Counted from the stretch's first letter, positions 23,816 to 33,159 are shown. The stretch: 55,526 nt of DNA from Syntrophales bacterium (GCA_035506495.1 DATJPI010000294.1:1-55526), one strand, 5' to 3'. Notes: generated by a model from the sequence alone, not told the origin. Numbers and translations: made by a program.

Positions 23816-23851
23816 AAAAAAGCTCCCCCAGACATGCGGGGAGCTTTTTTA
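23816..23851 (+). terminator. Intrinsic terminator after etfA
   Basis: AAAAAAGCTCCCC-CAGACATGC-GGGGAGCTTTTTT. Confidence 0.85.
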
Positions 23852-23947
23852 TTACAAGGAGTTGAATTTGGCGTTGTTATTTCGTTCGGGATTTAGTATG
23901 CATGCCCCGTCATAAAATGCGAATGGGGGTGGAAAAAGGGACAATCG

Positions 23948-24967
23948 ATGAACGGTGTCAACGAAATCCTGCAGGTCATCAGCCGCAACGAGGAAATCGC
24001 ACAGAAGTTCTTCTCCATCGAGACAAGCATTCTTTCCATTCACAACTTTCGTGATCTCTTCGAGAGACTGCTCTCGGAGATCACGGAGAAATTCTCGGTC
24101 CCCCACGTATGGATCACCATGACGGAAGACAATGATGTCTACAGGCTCCTGGACCGTATGACTCCGTCGAACACCTTTGGGGAGCGCTTGAAGGTCATCG
24201 ATGCGAAGGCCTTCGACGAACTCATCGCGGGCGACGCAGCACCTCTGCTGGCCAACGAGGCGTTGGAGCGCTTCGAAGTCCTGCAAACGGCCTGCACAAA
24301 GAAGACGCTGGGATCGATCGCCGTGGTGCCCCTTACCTATGAGGGGACCGCGATCGGAAGCCTCAACCTCGGGGACGTCTCCCCCGACCGCTATGCCGAA
24401 GGTATGGACGCAAGCCTGCTCAAGCAGCTCGCCGTGAAGGTATCCATCTGCCTGTCCAACGTGATGGCCCACGAAAGGCTTGCCATGCTTGCTTTTCGAG
24501 ATCCCCTGACGGACCTGCTGAACCGGCGCATCATGGAGCAGGTCCTGCGCAGGGAATTCGACCGGGCCCGGCGCTATGGGACGGAGCTTGCCGTCGTCTT
24601 CCTGGACATCGACCGGTTCAAGGGCATCAATGACCGTTATGGCCACGACACGGGGGACGAGGTGCTCAAGTGGGTGGGAAACCGGATGTGCTCCATGAGC
24701 CGAGAAAGTGACGTCGTCTCCCGCTTTGCAGGTGATGAGTTCGTGATCATCCTGCCCAACACCGGCACCGACAGGGCCTACCATTTCGTCGACCGCCTGC
24801 AGACCTTTTTCCTCTCGACGAATCTGGCCTACGACGGGAAGGCCATCCCCGTCTCGCTCAGCTGCGGCATTGCCACCATGGCCGATGCAGGGATCACCGA
24901 CGCACCGTCCATGCTGAAGAAGGCCGATGAGCGCCTCTACCAGAGCAAAAATTCGAAAAAGGAATAA
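23948..24967 (+). CDS. Diguanylate cyclase (GGDEF domain, AGDEF variant) with N-terminal GAF/DUF484-like sensor region
   Basis: 339-aa ORF containing RESD-VVSRF-AGDEF. That is an RxxD I-site 5 residues before the active-site motif, whose first Gly is replaced by Ala. Confidence 0.8.
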   Translation: MNGVNEILQVISRNEEIAQKFFSIETSILSIHNFRDLFERLLSEITEKFSVPHVWITMTEDNDVYRLLDRMTPSNTFGERLKVIDAKAFDELIAGDAAPLLANEALERFEVLQTACTKKTLGSIAVVPLTYEGTAIGSLNLGDVSPDRYAEGMDASLLKQLAVKVSICLSNVMAHERLAMLAFRDPLTDLLNRRIMEQVLRREFDRARRYGTELAVVFLDIDRFKGINDRYGHDTGDEVLKWVGNRMCSMSRESDVVSRFAGDEFVIILPNTGTDRAYHFVDRLQTFFLSTNLAYDGKAIPVSLSCGIATMADAGITDAPSMLKKADERLYQSKNSKKE

Positions 24968-24970
24968 AAA

Positions 24971-25007
24971 ATCCCCCTTCTGCCTATGCTCATGGCTGAA
25001 GGGGGAT
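24971..25007. terminator. Bidirectional hairpin between convergent genes
   Basis: ATCCCCCTTC-N17-GAAGGGGGAT, flanked by an A-run and T-rich sequence. Confidence 0.6.
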
Positions 25008-25010
25008 TTA

Positions 25011-25031
25011 CCTTTATCCTTTATCCTTTTG
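25011..25031. repeat. Heptanucleotide array (CCTTTAT)x3
   Basis: Units are CCTTTAT CCTTTAT CCTTTTG. The array sits directly after the terminator hairpin. Confidence 0.7.
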
Positions 25032-25032
25032 C

Positions 25033-25644
25033 CTATTTCTGTGCCGCGTAGCCCTTCGCCAGAGACTTGTTCACGTGGCAAACTCCCTTGTTGAGATTCT
25101 TCAGGGAATAATCATCGGTGATTACGGGCAGCTTATCCGCCACGGCCTGGTCCCGCAGGACCGTGCCGGCCGGCACATAGCGGCCGTCGGGAACGGACAC
25201 ACCCATGAGGATGCAGCCGGGCTCGATGACGCATCCCTTCCCAACCTTGGAACGGAAGACGAGCACTTTCATTCCCACAAATGTGTCATCAAGGACGACG
25301 GCGGGGCCGTGAATCTGGACCTGGTGCGCGAGCGAGACGCGGTTGCCCACGTAGGCACCGTATTTCTTCCCATCCACTTCCATCAGGTTCTTTTCCACCG
25401 GCTTGCCGTGTTCTTCCGTCTCGAGGGCATGGATGACAACCCCGTCCTGAACATTGGAGTCATCGCCCACGTGAAGGGGCTGGCCCTCATCGCCGCGAAC
25501 GGCCGCAAAGGGGGCCACGAAGACGTTCTTCCCGAGGGTGACATTCCCGATGACGGCCCCGAGCGGGTGCACGTATGCCGTAGGATCAATGGTGGGCTCG
25601 CACGCTTTCGAGCTGAAATCGGTTTGTACGCATTTTCCTATCAT
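25033..25644 (-). CDS. Gamma-class carbonic anhydrase (Cam-like, left-handed beta-helix)
   Basis: 203-aa ORF. VQDGVVIHALETEEHG and SLAHQVQIHGPA match the Cam Zn-ligand His motifs. Hexapeptide repeats are present. Confidence 0.8.
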   Translation of the reverse strand: MIGKCVQTDFSSKACEPTIDPTAYVHPLGAVIGNVTLGKNVFVAPFAAVRGDEGQPLHVGDDSNVQDGVVIHALETEEHGKPVEKNLMEVDGKKYGAYVGNRVSLAHQVQIHGPAVVLDDTFVGMKVLVFRSKVGKGCVIEPGCILMGVSVPDGRYVPAGTVLRDQAVADKLPVITDDYSLKNLNKGVCHVNKSLAKGYAAQK

Positions 25645-25670
25645 TTCTATCCTCCCGAAAAATTGGTCTA

Positions 25671-25697
25671 TTCGTCTGTTTCGTCTATTTTGTCATG
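25671..25697. repeat. 9-nt tandem repeat (TTCGTCTRT)x3 in the Cam 5' leader
   Basis: Units are TTCGTCTGT TTCGTCTAT TTTGTCATG. A related array lies upstream of the PfkB gene (45769-45795). Confidence 0.6.
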
Positions 25698-25805
25698 TCC
25701 TTGTGGGGACAGTCATTAGTAATTGGTTGAATGGGTAATTGGGCTGCAGGGAATTGAAAAATCTCACATCCGGAAACCAGAGTCCTGAAGCCCGAATCCC
25801 TTCTT

Positions 25806-25835
25806 CCTGTTACCTGTTACCTGTTACCTGTATCC
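25806..25835. repeat. Heptanucleotide array (CCTGTTA)x4
   Basis: Units are CCTGTTA x3 then CCTGTAT CC. The array overlaps the last codons and the stop of coaE. The same unit recurs at 38071-38091. Confidence 0.9.
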
Positions 25836-26451
25836 TTTGCTTTTTTTCCCTCGCCAAAAGTTCTTCCCAAACTTTATTGACACGCTTTTCAAGCTCTCTC
25901 ATTGTGCCGTCGTTGCGAATGACGATCTGAGCATAACGCAGCTTCTCGTCGATGGGCATCTGGGATTTGAGCCTGGCCATCGCTTCCTCGCGGTTCAGAC
26001 TGTTTCGCTTCATGACACGCCGGATTTGCACCTCCGGCGGCGCATAAACGAGAAGCACGAGGTCGAATTGGTCCTGCAGACCTACTTCCAGAAGGAGTGG
26101 AATATCGGAGAGGATGATTGCCCCCTTATCCTGCTCGGTGATCTTCTCGCGCCGGCGCTGAGCCTCCTCGAGAACCGCCGGGTGGACGATGCCTTCGAGT
26201 GTTTTGCGCCGGTCCTGATTGTCAAAAACGAGGGTGCCAAGCCTCTTCCGGTCAATCCGGTCTTCGGCATCCAGGATGTTTCGCCCGAATACCTCAACGA
26301 TCCGTTTCCAGACGGGCTGCCCCGGTTCCTGCAGGTCGTGGACGAGCCCGTCGTGGTCGATCACGCGAGCGCCATTTCTCACGAGCATGCGGACCACCGT
26401 CGACTTGCCGGTGGCGATCCCGCCTGTCAATCCCACGTTCAGCATCGGCAC
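25810..26451 (-). CDS. coaE: Dephospho-CoA kinase
   Basis: 213-aa ORF with the N-terminal GLTGGIATGKST P-loop. Confidence 0.88.
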   Translation of the reverse strand: MPMLNVGLTGGIATGKSTVVRMLVRNGARVIDHDGLVHDLQEPGQPVWKRIVEVFGRNILDAEDRIDRKRLGTLVFDNQDRRKTLEGIVHPAVLEEAQRRREKITEQDKGAIILSDIPLLLEVGLQDQFDLVLLVYAPPEVQIRRVMKRNSLNREEAMARLKSQMPIDEKLRYAQIVIRNDGTMRELEKRVNKVWEELLAREKKQRIQVTGNR

Positions 26452-26500
26452 GCTTCTATCACATGGCCCCTATTGGGGCAACACAAAAGCCGTGGGCGGG

Positions 26501-26588
26501 ATTCAGGCTTCGGGCATCGGGCTTCAGGTTCCTGAATGCGGGAAAGAATTAAAAAAACCGGATGCCGGAATCCGGATACCGGAATCCC
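26501..26588. repeat. Two heptanucleotide arrays, (CTTCRGG)x4 and (CCGGAWN)x4
   Basis: The first array (26501-26528) is ATTCAGG CTTCGGG CATCGGG CTTCAGG. The second (26558-26588) is CCGGATG CCGGAAT CCGGATA CCGGAAT CCC. Confidence 0.85.
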
Positions 26589-26656
26589 ACGGCGCAGCCG
26601 TTTTGGCAGGTCTTTTGCAATTAATCACCGGACACAGCTGCAGCCGGATAAAGCAA

Positions 26657-27370
26657 ATGATCAATGTCAAGAATCTGCGAAAAACCTACGGCGAAGTGGT
26701 CGCCGTAGACGACCTCTCCTTCGAGGCGGCCAAAGGGGATATCCTGGGGTTCATCGGCCCCAACGGCGCCGGGAAGACGACAACCCTGCGCATGCTCGCC
26801 TGTTTCGTCCGACCCGACAGCGGATCGGGGACTGTCGGGGGCTTCGATATCTCGAGTCAGCCCGTCGAGGTACGCCGCTCGCTGGGTTACGTGTCGGAGA
26901 AATGCCCGTTCTACGGAGAGATGACCCCCCGGTGGTTCCTGAAATTCGTTTGCGACGTACGCGGCATCAACGGTAATCGGCTCAAACCGGAGATCGATCG
27001 CGTCGCCGGTATCAGCTCCCTGCAGGAAGTGATGGACCGCAGGATTGAAACCCTCTCGAAGGGGTTCCAGCGGCGCCTCGGGCTTGCCCACGCCCTGTTG
27101 GACGACCCTCCCATTCTGCTCCTCGATGAGCCGCTGTCCGGGCTCGACCCGAACCAGAAGCAGGAAATCGTGGAGGTGATCAAACTCATGGCGGCAGACA
27201 AGTGCTTCATCATTTCCACCCACGTCATGGAGGAGCTGGAGACGCTCTGCAACCGGGTGATCCTCATTAACAAAGGAAGAAACATAGCCGACTCGACGCC
27301 CCAGGATTTCAAGGCCCTCGGCCAGGGCACAATCGATGCCTATTTCCGCAAACTCACTCGCGAGGCCTGA
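26657..27370 (+). CDS. ABC transporter ATP-binding protein (ABC-2/GldA-like)
   Basis: The ATG at 26657 gives MINVKNLRKTYG. Walker A is GPNGAGKTT, the signature-like motif is LSKGFQRR and Walker B is LLLDEP. The track ORF opens far upstream at 26219. Confidence 0.88.
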   Translation: MINVKNLRKTYGEVVAVDDLSFEAAKGDILGFIGPNGAGKTTTLRMLACFVRPDSGSGTVGGFDISSQPVEVRRSLGYVSEKCPFYGEMTPRWFLKFVCDVRGINGNRLKPEIDRVAGISSLQEVMDRRIETLSKGFQRRLGLAHALLDDPPILLLDEPLSGLDPNQKQEIVEVIKLMAADKCFIISTHVMEELETLCNRVILINKGRNIADSTPQDFKALGQGTIDAYFRKLTREA

Positions 27371-27371
27371 C

Positions 27372-28106
27372 ATGGACGCCGTCCGCGCCGTTTTCAAAAG
27401 GGAACTCCGCAGCACCTTCACGACCTCAATGGGGTACGTCATCCTCGTCGTGTTCCTCGTCCTGTCCGGTTTTTTCACCATCAAGGGGGGATTCTTTGAA
27501 ATGAGGCAGGCGGATCTGCGGGTCTTTTTCGACCATCTGCCCCTGCTGTTCCTCTTCTTCGTCCCGGCCGCCGGAATGCGCCTCTGGGCCGAGGAGATCA
27601 AGGCGGGCACCACTGAATTTCTCTTCACGCAGCCGGTGACGGTTCCCCAGGCGGTCATCGGCAAATTCCTCGCCGCGTGGCTGTTCCTGTTCGTGGCTCT
27701 GGCGCTGACGGCGCCGCTCGTCTTTGCCGTCTTCCGGCTGGGCCACCCCGACGCCTATGTGATCGTCACGGGCTACCTCGGGGCCTTCCTGATGGGAGGA
27801 GCGTACCTGGCCGTGAGCATTTTCTGCTCGGCCCTTACCCGGAGCCAGATCGTGAGCTTTGTCCTCTCCATCGGAATGATCAGCCTGTTTGCCTACACGG
27901 ACTCGCCGACTGTCCTGGCCTGGCTTCAGGGCGCGCTGCCGCCGTATCTGATTGAAGCCATGGCCAACATGAGCCTCAGCGGGCATTTTGAGTCGATGCG
28001 CCGGGGCGTCATCGAATTCCGCGACCTGACATTCTATGCCATCCTGATTGCCGGGCTGGTTTCCATCACCTGTATCGTCGTCGATGCCAGAAGGGAGTCA
28101 TGCTGA
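27372..28106 (+). CDS. ABC-2 type transporter permease
   Basis: About 244-aa ORF with multiple transmembrane segments. The ATG at 27372 lies 1 nt after the ATPase stop codon. Confidence 0.8.
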   Translation: MDAVRAVFKRELRSTFTTSMGYVILVVFLVLSGFFTIKGGFFEMRQADLRVFFDHLPLLFLFFVPAAGMRLWAEEIKAGTTEFLFTQPVTVPQAVIGKFLAAWLFLFVALALTAPLVFAVFRLGHPDAYVIVTGYLGAFLMGGAYLAVSIFCSALTRSQIVSFVLSIGMISLFAYTDSPTVLAWLQGALPPYLIEAMANMSLSGHFESMRRGVIEFRDLTFYAILIAGLVSITCIVVDARRESC

Positions 28107-29968
28107 AGAAGAACCTCAGGGTCCTAGCGGCCATCTTTCTCATCGTGCTGATCATGTTTGCGTCCATCACCCTGCTCACGAAGCTGGGACGGACGCTGAG
28201 GCTGGATCTGACGGAGGATCGCATCTATTCGCTCTCCGACGAGACCCAGAAGGTCCTCTCGGGTCTTTCGCACCCTGTCCGGCTAAAGCTTTTCTACTCG
28301 CGCACGGAAACGCTCAAGGGTCTTGACGCGCTTCGGGCCTACAATAACTACTTCTACTACATTCGCGACCTGCTCCGGGAATACGTTTCGAGATCGAAGG
28401 GCAAGATCATTCTCGAGATTATCGATCCCACGCGCGATTCCAGGGAAGAGCGGGATGCCCTGCAATACGGGTTGCGTTCCCTTCCCACAACGGCGGACGA
28501 CCGGTTCTTCTTCGGGCTCGCCCTGGCCACCGAGTTCGGGCAGGAAAAGGCCATCCCCCTGCTCGCACCGGAGAGGCAACGGCTGGTCGAATACGACATC
28601 ACGGAAATGATCTACAGCGCGACGTCCCGCGCGAAGAAGAGGATCGGCATCCTCTCCTCGGTGGATCTCTCCCAAAGCTCCTATTCCCCCGACGTTCTGC
28701 GGTCAATGGGACTGCCCGCCGAGACCATCACCTCAAGCCGATCGGTTCTCGAGCATCTCAAGTCCCAATACGACGTGGTCATGCTGGCACCCGATGCGGA
28801 ATCCTTCGAAAAGCTCCAGGCCGTCGTGGTGGTCCATCCGCGCAGGCTCACCGAACAAACCCTGTCCGCCCTCGATCGGTACGTGATCGGGGGAGGAAAA
28901 CTCGCGGTGTTCCAGGATCCCGCATTCGTGGCAGACCCGGCCGCCCAAGCGAGGGGTACCGCCTATGCCCCCGCGCAGCATGCATCGGATCTCAACCGGC
29001 TGCTCGCCGCATGGGGTTGCGAGATGCCGCCCGACCAGCTCGCTGCGGACCCGTCGCTTGCCCTGCAACCACCGGCAGGCACCGACTCAGCGGCGGCAAA
29101 ACCGGCGACGGCACTGGTGCTGAAGGGCAAGGCCGTCAATCACGAAAACGGCCTGAATCCCGGCGTGAGCCGCGTCGGTGTGCTCAGCGCGGGAAAGCTG
29201 CAGATGAAGGCCGTTCCGGGCATTACGGCAACTCCGCTGTTACAGACGTCGGAGACAGGCTATGCGGTGCGGGCGGACGGAACGATGCAGAGAGTGGCCG
29301 GGGGAAACGAAACCGTCCTCATCGGTGTGCGTTTGACGGGAGTATTTTCGAGCGCCCTGTCGGGGGAACCCCCTCCTGCTGCCGGCGCGCCGACGGGATC
29401 AAAGCCGGAGGCAAAAAGGGAAGCTGCCGTCGTCGTCTTCTCTGATGTGGATATGCTCGTCAATGCCATGACCGCACCGGACGGGGCAACGGCCTCGGGC
29501 GACGGCAACGCTGATCTCGTCTTGGCAACAATGGAGAATCTCACCGGTTCGGTCTCTCTGGCCAGCATCAAAGCCCGGGGAACCATCATTCGGCCCTTCG
29601 ATGCCGTGGACCGCCTGGAGCGGGCGTATGATCAGAGTGTCGCGCCGGCAGTGGCTAACCTGCAGGCCGAGATCGCCTCCGGCCAGAAAGAGCTGGACTC
29701 TCTGGCCCGGAAAGCACCGCAGGGTGAGGAGACGTTGCTCAAGGAGGAGCTTCTGCGAAGCCGGAAGATGATCGAAGGGAAGATGGCCCGCGCACGGGAG
29801 GAGCTCGCCTCCATCCATCACAACCGGAAGGCTTTGGCGGAGAAACTCTTCACAATCTGGAAAGCTTCGATCGTGGTGGCCAGCCCGGCCCTGATTCTAC
29901 TGGTCCCGGCATTGGTTTTCGCCGCTGGCCTTCTCAGGCGAATTCACCGCAGCGGGAGGATACCATGA
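28100..29968 (+). CDS. GldG-like auxiliary component of ABC-type transport system
   Basis: 622-aa ORF with N- and C-terminal transmembrane anchors around a large extracytoplasmic domain. Its position after the ABC-2 ATPase and permease is typical. Confidence 0.6.
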   Translation: MLKKNLRVLAAIFLIVLIMFASITLLTKLGRTLRLDLTEDRIYSLSDETQKVLSGLSHPVRLKLFYSRTETLKGLDALRAYNNYFYYIRDLLREYVSRSKGKIILEIIDPTRDSREERDALQYGLRSLPTTADDRFFFGLALATEFGQEKAIPLLAPERQRLVEYDITEMIYSATSRAKKRIGILSSVDLSQSSYSPDVLRSMGLPAETITSSRSVLEHLKSQYDVVMLAPDAESFEKLQAVVVVHPRRLTEQTLSALDRYVIGGGKLAVFQDPAFVADPAAQARGTAYAPAQHASDLNRLLAAWGCEMPPDQLAADPSLALQPPAGTDSAAAKPATALVLKGKAVNHENGLNPGVSRVGVLSAGKLQMKAVPGITATPLLQTSETGYAVRADGTMQRVAGGNETVLIGVRLTGVFSSALSGEPPPAAGAPTGSKPEAKREAAVVVFSDVDMLVNAMTAPDGATASGDGNADLVLATMENLTGSVSLASIKARGTIIRPFDAVDRLERAYDQSVAPAVANLQAEIASGQKELDSLARKAPQGEETLLKEELLRSRKMIEGKMARAREELASIHHNRKALAEKLFTIWKASIVVASPALILLVPALVFAAGLLRRIHRSGRIP

Positions 29969-30990
29969 CGAACCGTCACCTGACTATCCTGGCCGTCGTT
30001 GCGGCCGTCCTGACCGGCAGCGTCCTGATCGTCGGGGCCCTGGAAGACCGCCAGGAGGTCACTCTGCGGGAAGGGAGCTACCTGCTCCAGGGGTTCAATC
30101 CCGACAAGGTCCACGGGATTTACATCAAGAACGGCAACGAGTCGCTGACGTTCATGCGCAAGGAGGAGCGGTTCATTCTCACGGGAAGCATCGACTACCC
30201 GGTCTCGAATGATCGGATCAACGATCTCGTAAAGGCCGTCGCCGACATCCGCTGTGCCGAACGGGTGACCACCGATGAGCGCAACCACCCTTCCCTCGGC
30301 GTCACGGGCGATTCGGGAAGCCTTGTCATCCGTTTTTTCAACGAATCAGGGCAGAAGATAACGGGCGTTGTCATCGGGAAAGAGCGTCCAGGCTTTCCGG
30401 GCTTCTACACACGCCTGGAGGACGACAAACAGGTCTACCTCAGCACCGAGCGCCTGTCCCCGGTGAGCACGAACGAAATTGACTATATCCGCTGCGATCT
30501 CCCGCCGGGCAAGAAGATCGACTATTCCCGGATCGCCTGTAATAGCGTCGCCGGCGCCTTTACCCTCGATCTCAAGGACGGGCGGGCTATACTCGAGAAT
30601 ATCCCCCGGGGGAAGAAGCAGGACGATCAGGCCATCCACACGATCCTGGAAAGCCTTCAGCGGTTCCCCGTGAAGAAGATATGCCGCAAAGACGGTCTTG
30701 CAGGCCTGTCCTACAGGACCCGGCTGGAGTTTACCCGTCGTGACGGGTTGGTCTTCCGCATCGAATTGGCCGACAAAGACGGAAGGATGTTCGCCCGGAC
30801 TCGGGCCCTGCTGGACGATCGCGCCGCGGCTGCGGGGAAGGACGAGCCCACAAAAGAAATGGACGGCTCGGCACATCTACACCGGGATCTCATCGCTGCC
30901 TACAATCGCGACCACGACCCCTGGGTTTACGAGATTGATGCCCGGTACGCCTGGCTCGCACAGCGCTCGAAGACGGACCTGATCGAGTAG
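29965..30990 (+). CDS. DUF4340-like protein (fourth gene of the GldG-type operon)
   Basis: 341-aa ORF with an N-terminal transmembrane anchor and a 4-nt overlap with the preceding gene. The family call rests on synteny and architecture only. Confidence 0.5.
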   Translation: MTNRHLTILAVVAAVLTGSVLIVGALEDRQEVTLREGSYLLQGFNPDKVHGIYIKNGNESLTFMRKEERFILTGSIDYPVSNDRINDLVKAVADIRCAERVTTDERNHPSLGVTGDSGSLVIRFFNESGQKITGVVIGKERPGFPGFYTRLEDDKQVYLSTERLSPVSTNEIDYIRCDLPPGKKIDYSRIACNSVAGAFTLDLKDGRAILENIPRGKKQDDQAIHTILESLQRFPVKKICRKDGLAGLSYRTRLEFTRRDGLVFRIELADKDGRMFARTRALLDDRAAAAGKDEPTKEMDGSAHLHRDLIAAYNRDHDPWVYEIDARYAWLAQRSKTDLIE

Positions 30991-31005
30991 CGAGCTGAGC
31001 TCGCA

Positions 31006-31135
31006 GGCATCGGGTTACAGGCATCAGGCTTCAGGCTGCCGCTTCGCGGCGGCTTTGGAAACTGGGTATTGGGTATTGGATACTAACTTGAATCCCTCTT
31101 TTTTGCTGTCTGCTGTCTGCCGTCTGCAGTCTGCC
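31006..31135. repeat. Three adjacent heptanucleotide arrays
   Basis: The arrays are (GGCWTCR)x5 at 31006-31040, (TGGGTAT)x3 at 31063-31083 and (GCNGTCT)x4 at 31105-31135. All three lie in one spacer of about 160 nt between convergent genes. Confidence 0.9.
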
Positions 31136-31152
31136 ATTCTTTCGGTCACCGG

Positions 31153-31881
31153 TTACTTCTTTCCCGTGGGAAACGTCAACTCCCCGCCAAAATACCCGAC
31201 GATGCTCACAATCGGTACAAGCAACAAAATCAGTAGGGCATAGAGCGCATGACCGAGGCCCGTGGCCTCCATGACATCGGGCACAAAGCAGCGCCAGAGG
31301 AAGGCCGCAGTGGCGATCGCCAGCAGCAGCCAGGAAACCCTTTTCTTGATCGTCACCGCCCGCATGGGCTTCGCCGCATAATTGAGCCACCAGGTGAACC
31401 AGCCCGTGAGCATCGCAGGAGGCGTGAAGAGGACACCCCCGGTCAGGCAATAAAACGCCGTGCGCTCGAAAGACCTCTCCCCCGTCATCAGGAAGAGGAT
31501 ATCGAAAAACGTGGCCGAGTACATGAAAACGATGGGGAAATGAACGACCATGGGATGGAGATGCCGGCGCAGGAAAGGGACCCTCTCGAGGAGTTCGGCA
31601 AGCCACGCTGGCATCGACCGGCCGTCGGCTTCCTCCTTTTTCAGTGTGCCTACGCGGGGGATTCGTTCCAGCACCTCCCTGCCGTGAGGGGCTGCTGCGA
31701 GGTCGGTCGACAGATCGTGGCCCGCACGGTGACGCTTCATGTGAAGGCCTCCCTTCCACATGCGGCTGCCGCTCGCGTCGTAAACGATTCCGTCAACAGC
31801 CACGAGAGTCGCTTTCCCGCTGCTTCCGTCGCACTCGCCCAGGGCCTGTTCGCTGTACTCCCTCTCTCCCGATGGTGTCAT
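31153..31881 (-). CDS. Cytochrome b5-like (MAPR-type) domain fused to a 4-TM DUF2231-like membrane domain
   Basis: 242-aa ORF. The N-terminal soluble domain has VAVDGIVYDASGSRMWKGGLHMKRHRAGHDLS and is followed by 4 hydrophobic segments. It starts 18 nt downstream of cydB. Confidence 0.5.
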   Translation of the reverse strand: MTPSGEREYSEQALGECDGSSGKATLVAVDGIVYDASGSRMWKGGLHMKRHRAGHDLSTDLAAAPHGREVLERIPRVGTLKKEEADGRSMPAWLAELLERVPFLRRHLHPMVVHFPIVFMYSATFFDILFLMTGERSFERTAFYCLTGGVLFTPPAMLTGWFTWWLNYAAKPMRAVTIKKRVSWLLLAIATAAFLWRCFVPDVMEATGLGHALYALLILLLVPIVSIVGYFGGELTFPTGKK

Positions 31882-31899
31882 GACATCTTCTCCAAAGGA

Positions 31900-32922
31900 T
31901 CAGTTCTGCCCGTTTTCTGCCCGAGCGCCCTCTCGGACCCTGCCGCCAAACAGACGATACAGCCAGGCATTGTAGGCAAGCATCACGGGAAGCAGCACGA
32001 CGCTCACGACAAGGAGAAAAAGAAGGGACTGCGCGGGGGCTGCCGCATCGAAGATCGTCAAAGCCGGCGGCATGATCGATGGGTAGAGAGCCGAGGCAAG
32101 CCCGACGGCGAGGGTCAGAAAGAGAAGGACGCTCCATTGGAAAGGCTTGTCCTGCTCCGCCTTTTTGAGGCTGCGCAGCAGCATGACGAACTCAATGAGA
32201 AAGAGGGGCAGGGCAAAGTAGAGGTAGTGGCCCTGTTTGAGCGACAGAAGGGAATAGTGTCCCTCGTAGTGCTGCAGGGAGATCCAGAACAGGATCAGCA
32301 CGAGCCCGCAGCCAAAGGCCCATGCCGCCATGACGGCGGCTTGAATCGAGCGCTCCCGGAGCGGTTCTTCCGCTTTCATGATCAGATACGTCATGCCCAT
32401 CAGGACAAACCCGGCGGCCCCGGTTGCGGCAATCAGCGTCGAAAGCGGGTTAAGCCAGTCTTCGTACCCCCCTGCAAACTGGCCTTCCGCAACGGGCAGC
32501 CCGCCAAGCAGGCCGCCCAGAAGGAATCCCTGCGTCAGGGTGGCAACGAGGCTCCCCAGCCCGAAGGCAAGCCCCCAGCGCCTGCGGTTTGGCGATACGT
32601 CGTAAAACTTGATGGCGACACCCCGGACGGCAAGTCCTGCGAGCATGAGCATGACCGGGATGCAGAGGGCTGACGACACCACCCTGTAGACGACGGGAAA
32701 GGAACCGAAGAGACCTCCCCCGAGCACAATGAGCCAGATCTGGCCCGCATACCATGTACGGGCAATGCTGTGGATTATGAGGCCCCGATCCTGTTCGCTA
32801 CGGATCGCGAGCGAGTAGATCCCGAGCCCGAGGTTGAAACCGTCGGTAACCCAGTAGAGAAACAACACCAGGCCGAGAATCAAAAAGAAAACATCGGGCA
32901 GGTAGCTCTCCAGGGCTCCCAT
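31900..32922 (-). CDS. cydB: Cytochrome bd-type oxidase subunit II
   Basis: 340-aa polytopic ORF. VTDGFNLGLGIYSL...IARTWYAGQIWLIVLGGGLFGSFPVVY parallels E. coli CydB (VTDGFDMGVG...IAPHWDGNQVWLITAGGALF). Confidence 0.8.
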   Translation of the reverse strand: MGALESYLPDVFFLILGLVLFLYWVTDGFNLGLGIYSLAIRSEQDRGLIIHSIARTWYAGQIWLIVLGGGLFGSFPVVYRVVSSALCIPVMLMLAGLAVRGVAIKFYDVSPNRRRWGLAFGLGSLVATLTQGFLLGGLLGGLPVAEGQFAGGYEDWLNPLSTLIAATGAAGFVLMGMTYLIMKAEEPLRERSIQAAVMAAWAFGCGLVLILFWISLQHYEGHYSLLSLKQGHYLYFALPLFLIEFVMLLRSLKKAEQDKPFQWSVLLFLTLAVGLASALYPSIMPPALTIFDAAAPAQSLLFLLVVSVVLLPVMLAYNAWLYRLFGGRVREGARAENGQN

Positions 32923-33049
32923 AGGCCTTCTCCTCTCAACCCGCTGCCTGCATCGTCGGAGCCGGTGCCGCGATCGCGGGCCACGACGGAAAACTGGATG
33001 CGAGAGAGCATCACGGCATCAGAAAGAAAATCCACCATCTCCCGTCATG

Positions 33050-33072
33050 AAAACCCCGGTTGGAAACCGGGG
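33050..33072 (-). terminator. Intrinsic terminator downstream of ORF 33160-33462
   Basis: On the minus strand, CCCCGGTT-TCC-AACCGGGG is followed by TTTTC. This separates cydB from any upstream transcript. Confidence 0.65.
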
Positions 33073-33159
33073 ATGAAAACCGATCGCCCCTCGGAACACG
33101 TCAGCGATCGGGATGTGGACTGGCCGGAAGAACCGGAAAAGGGAAAAACCGTTTAATGC

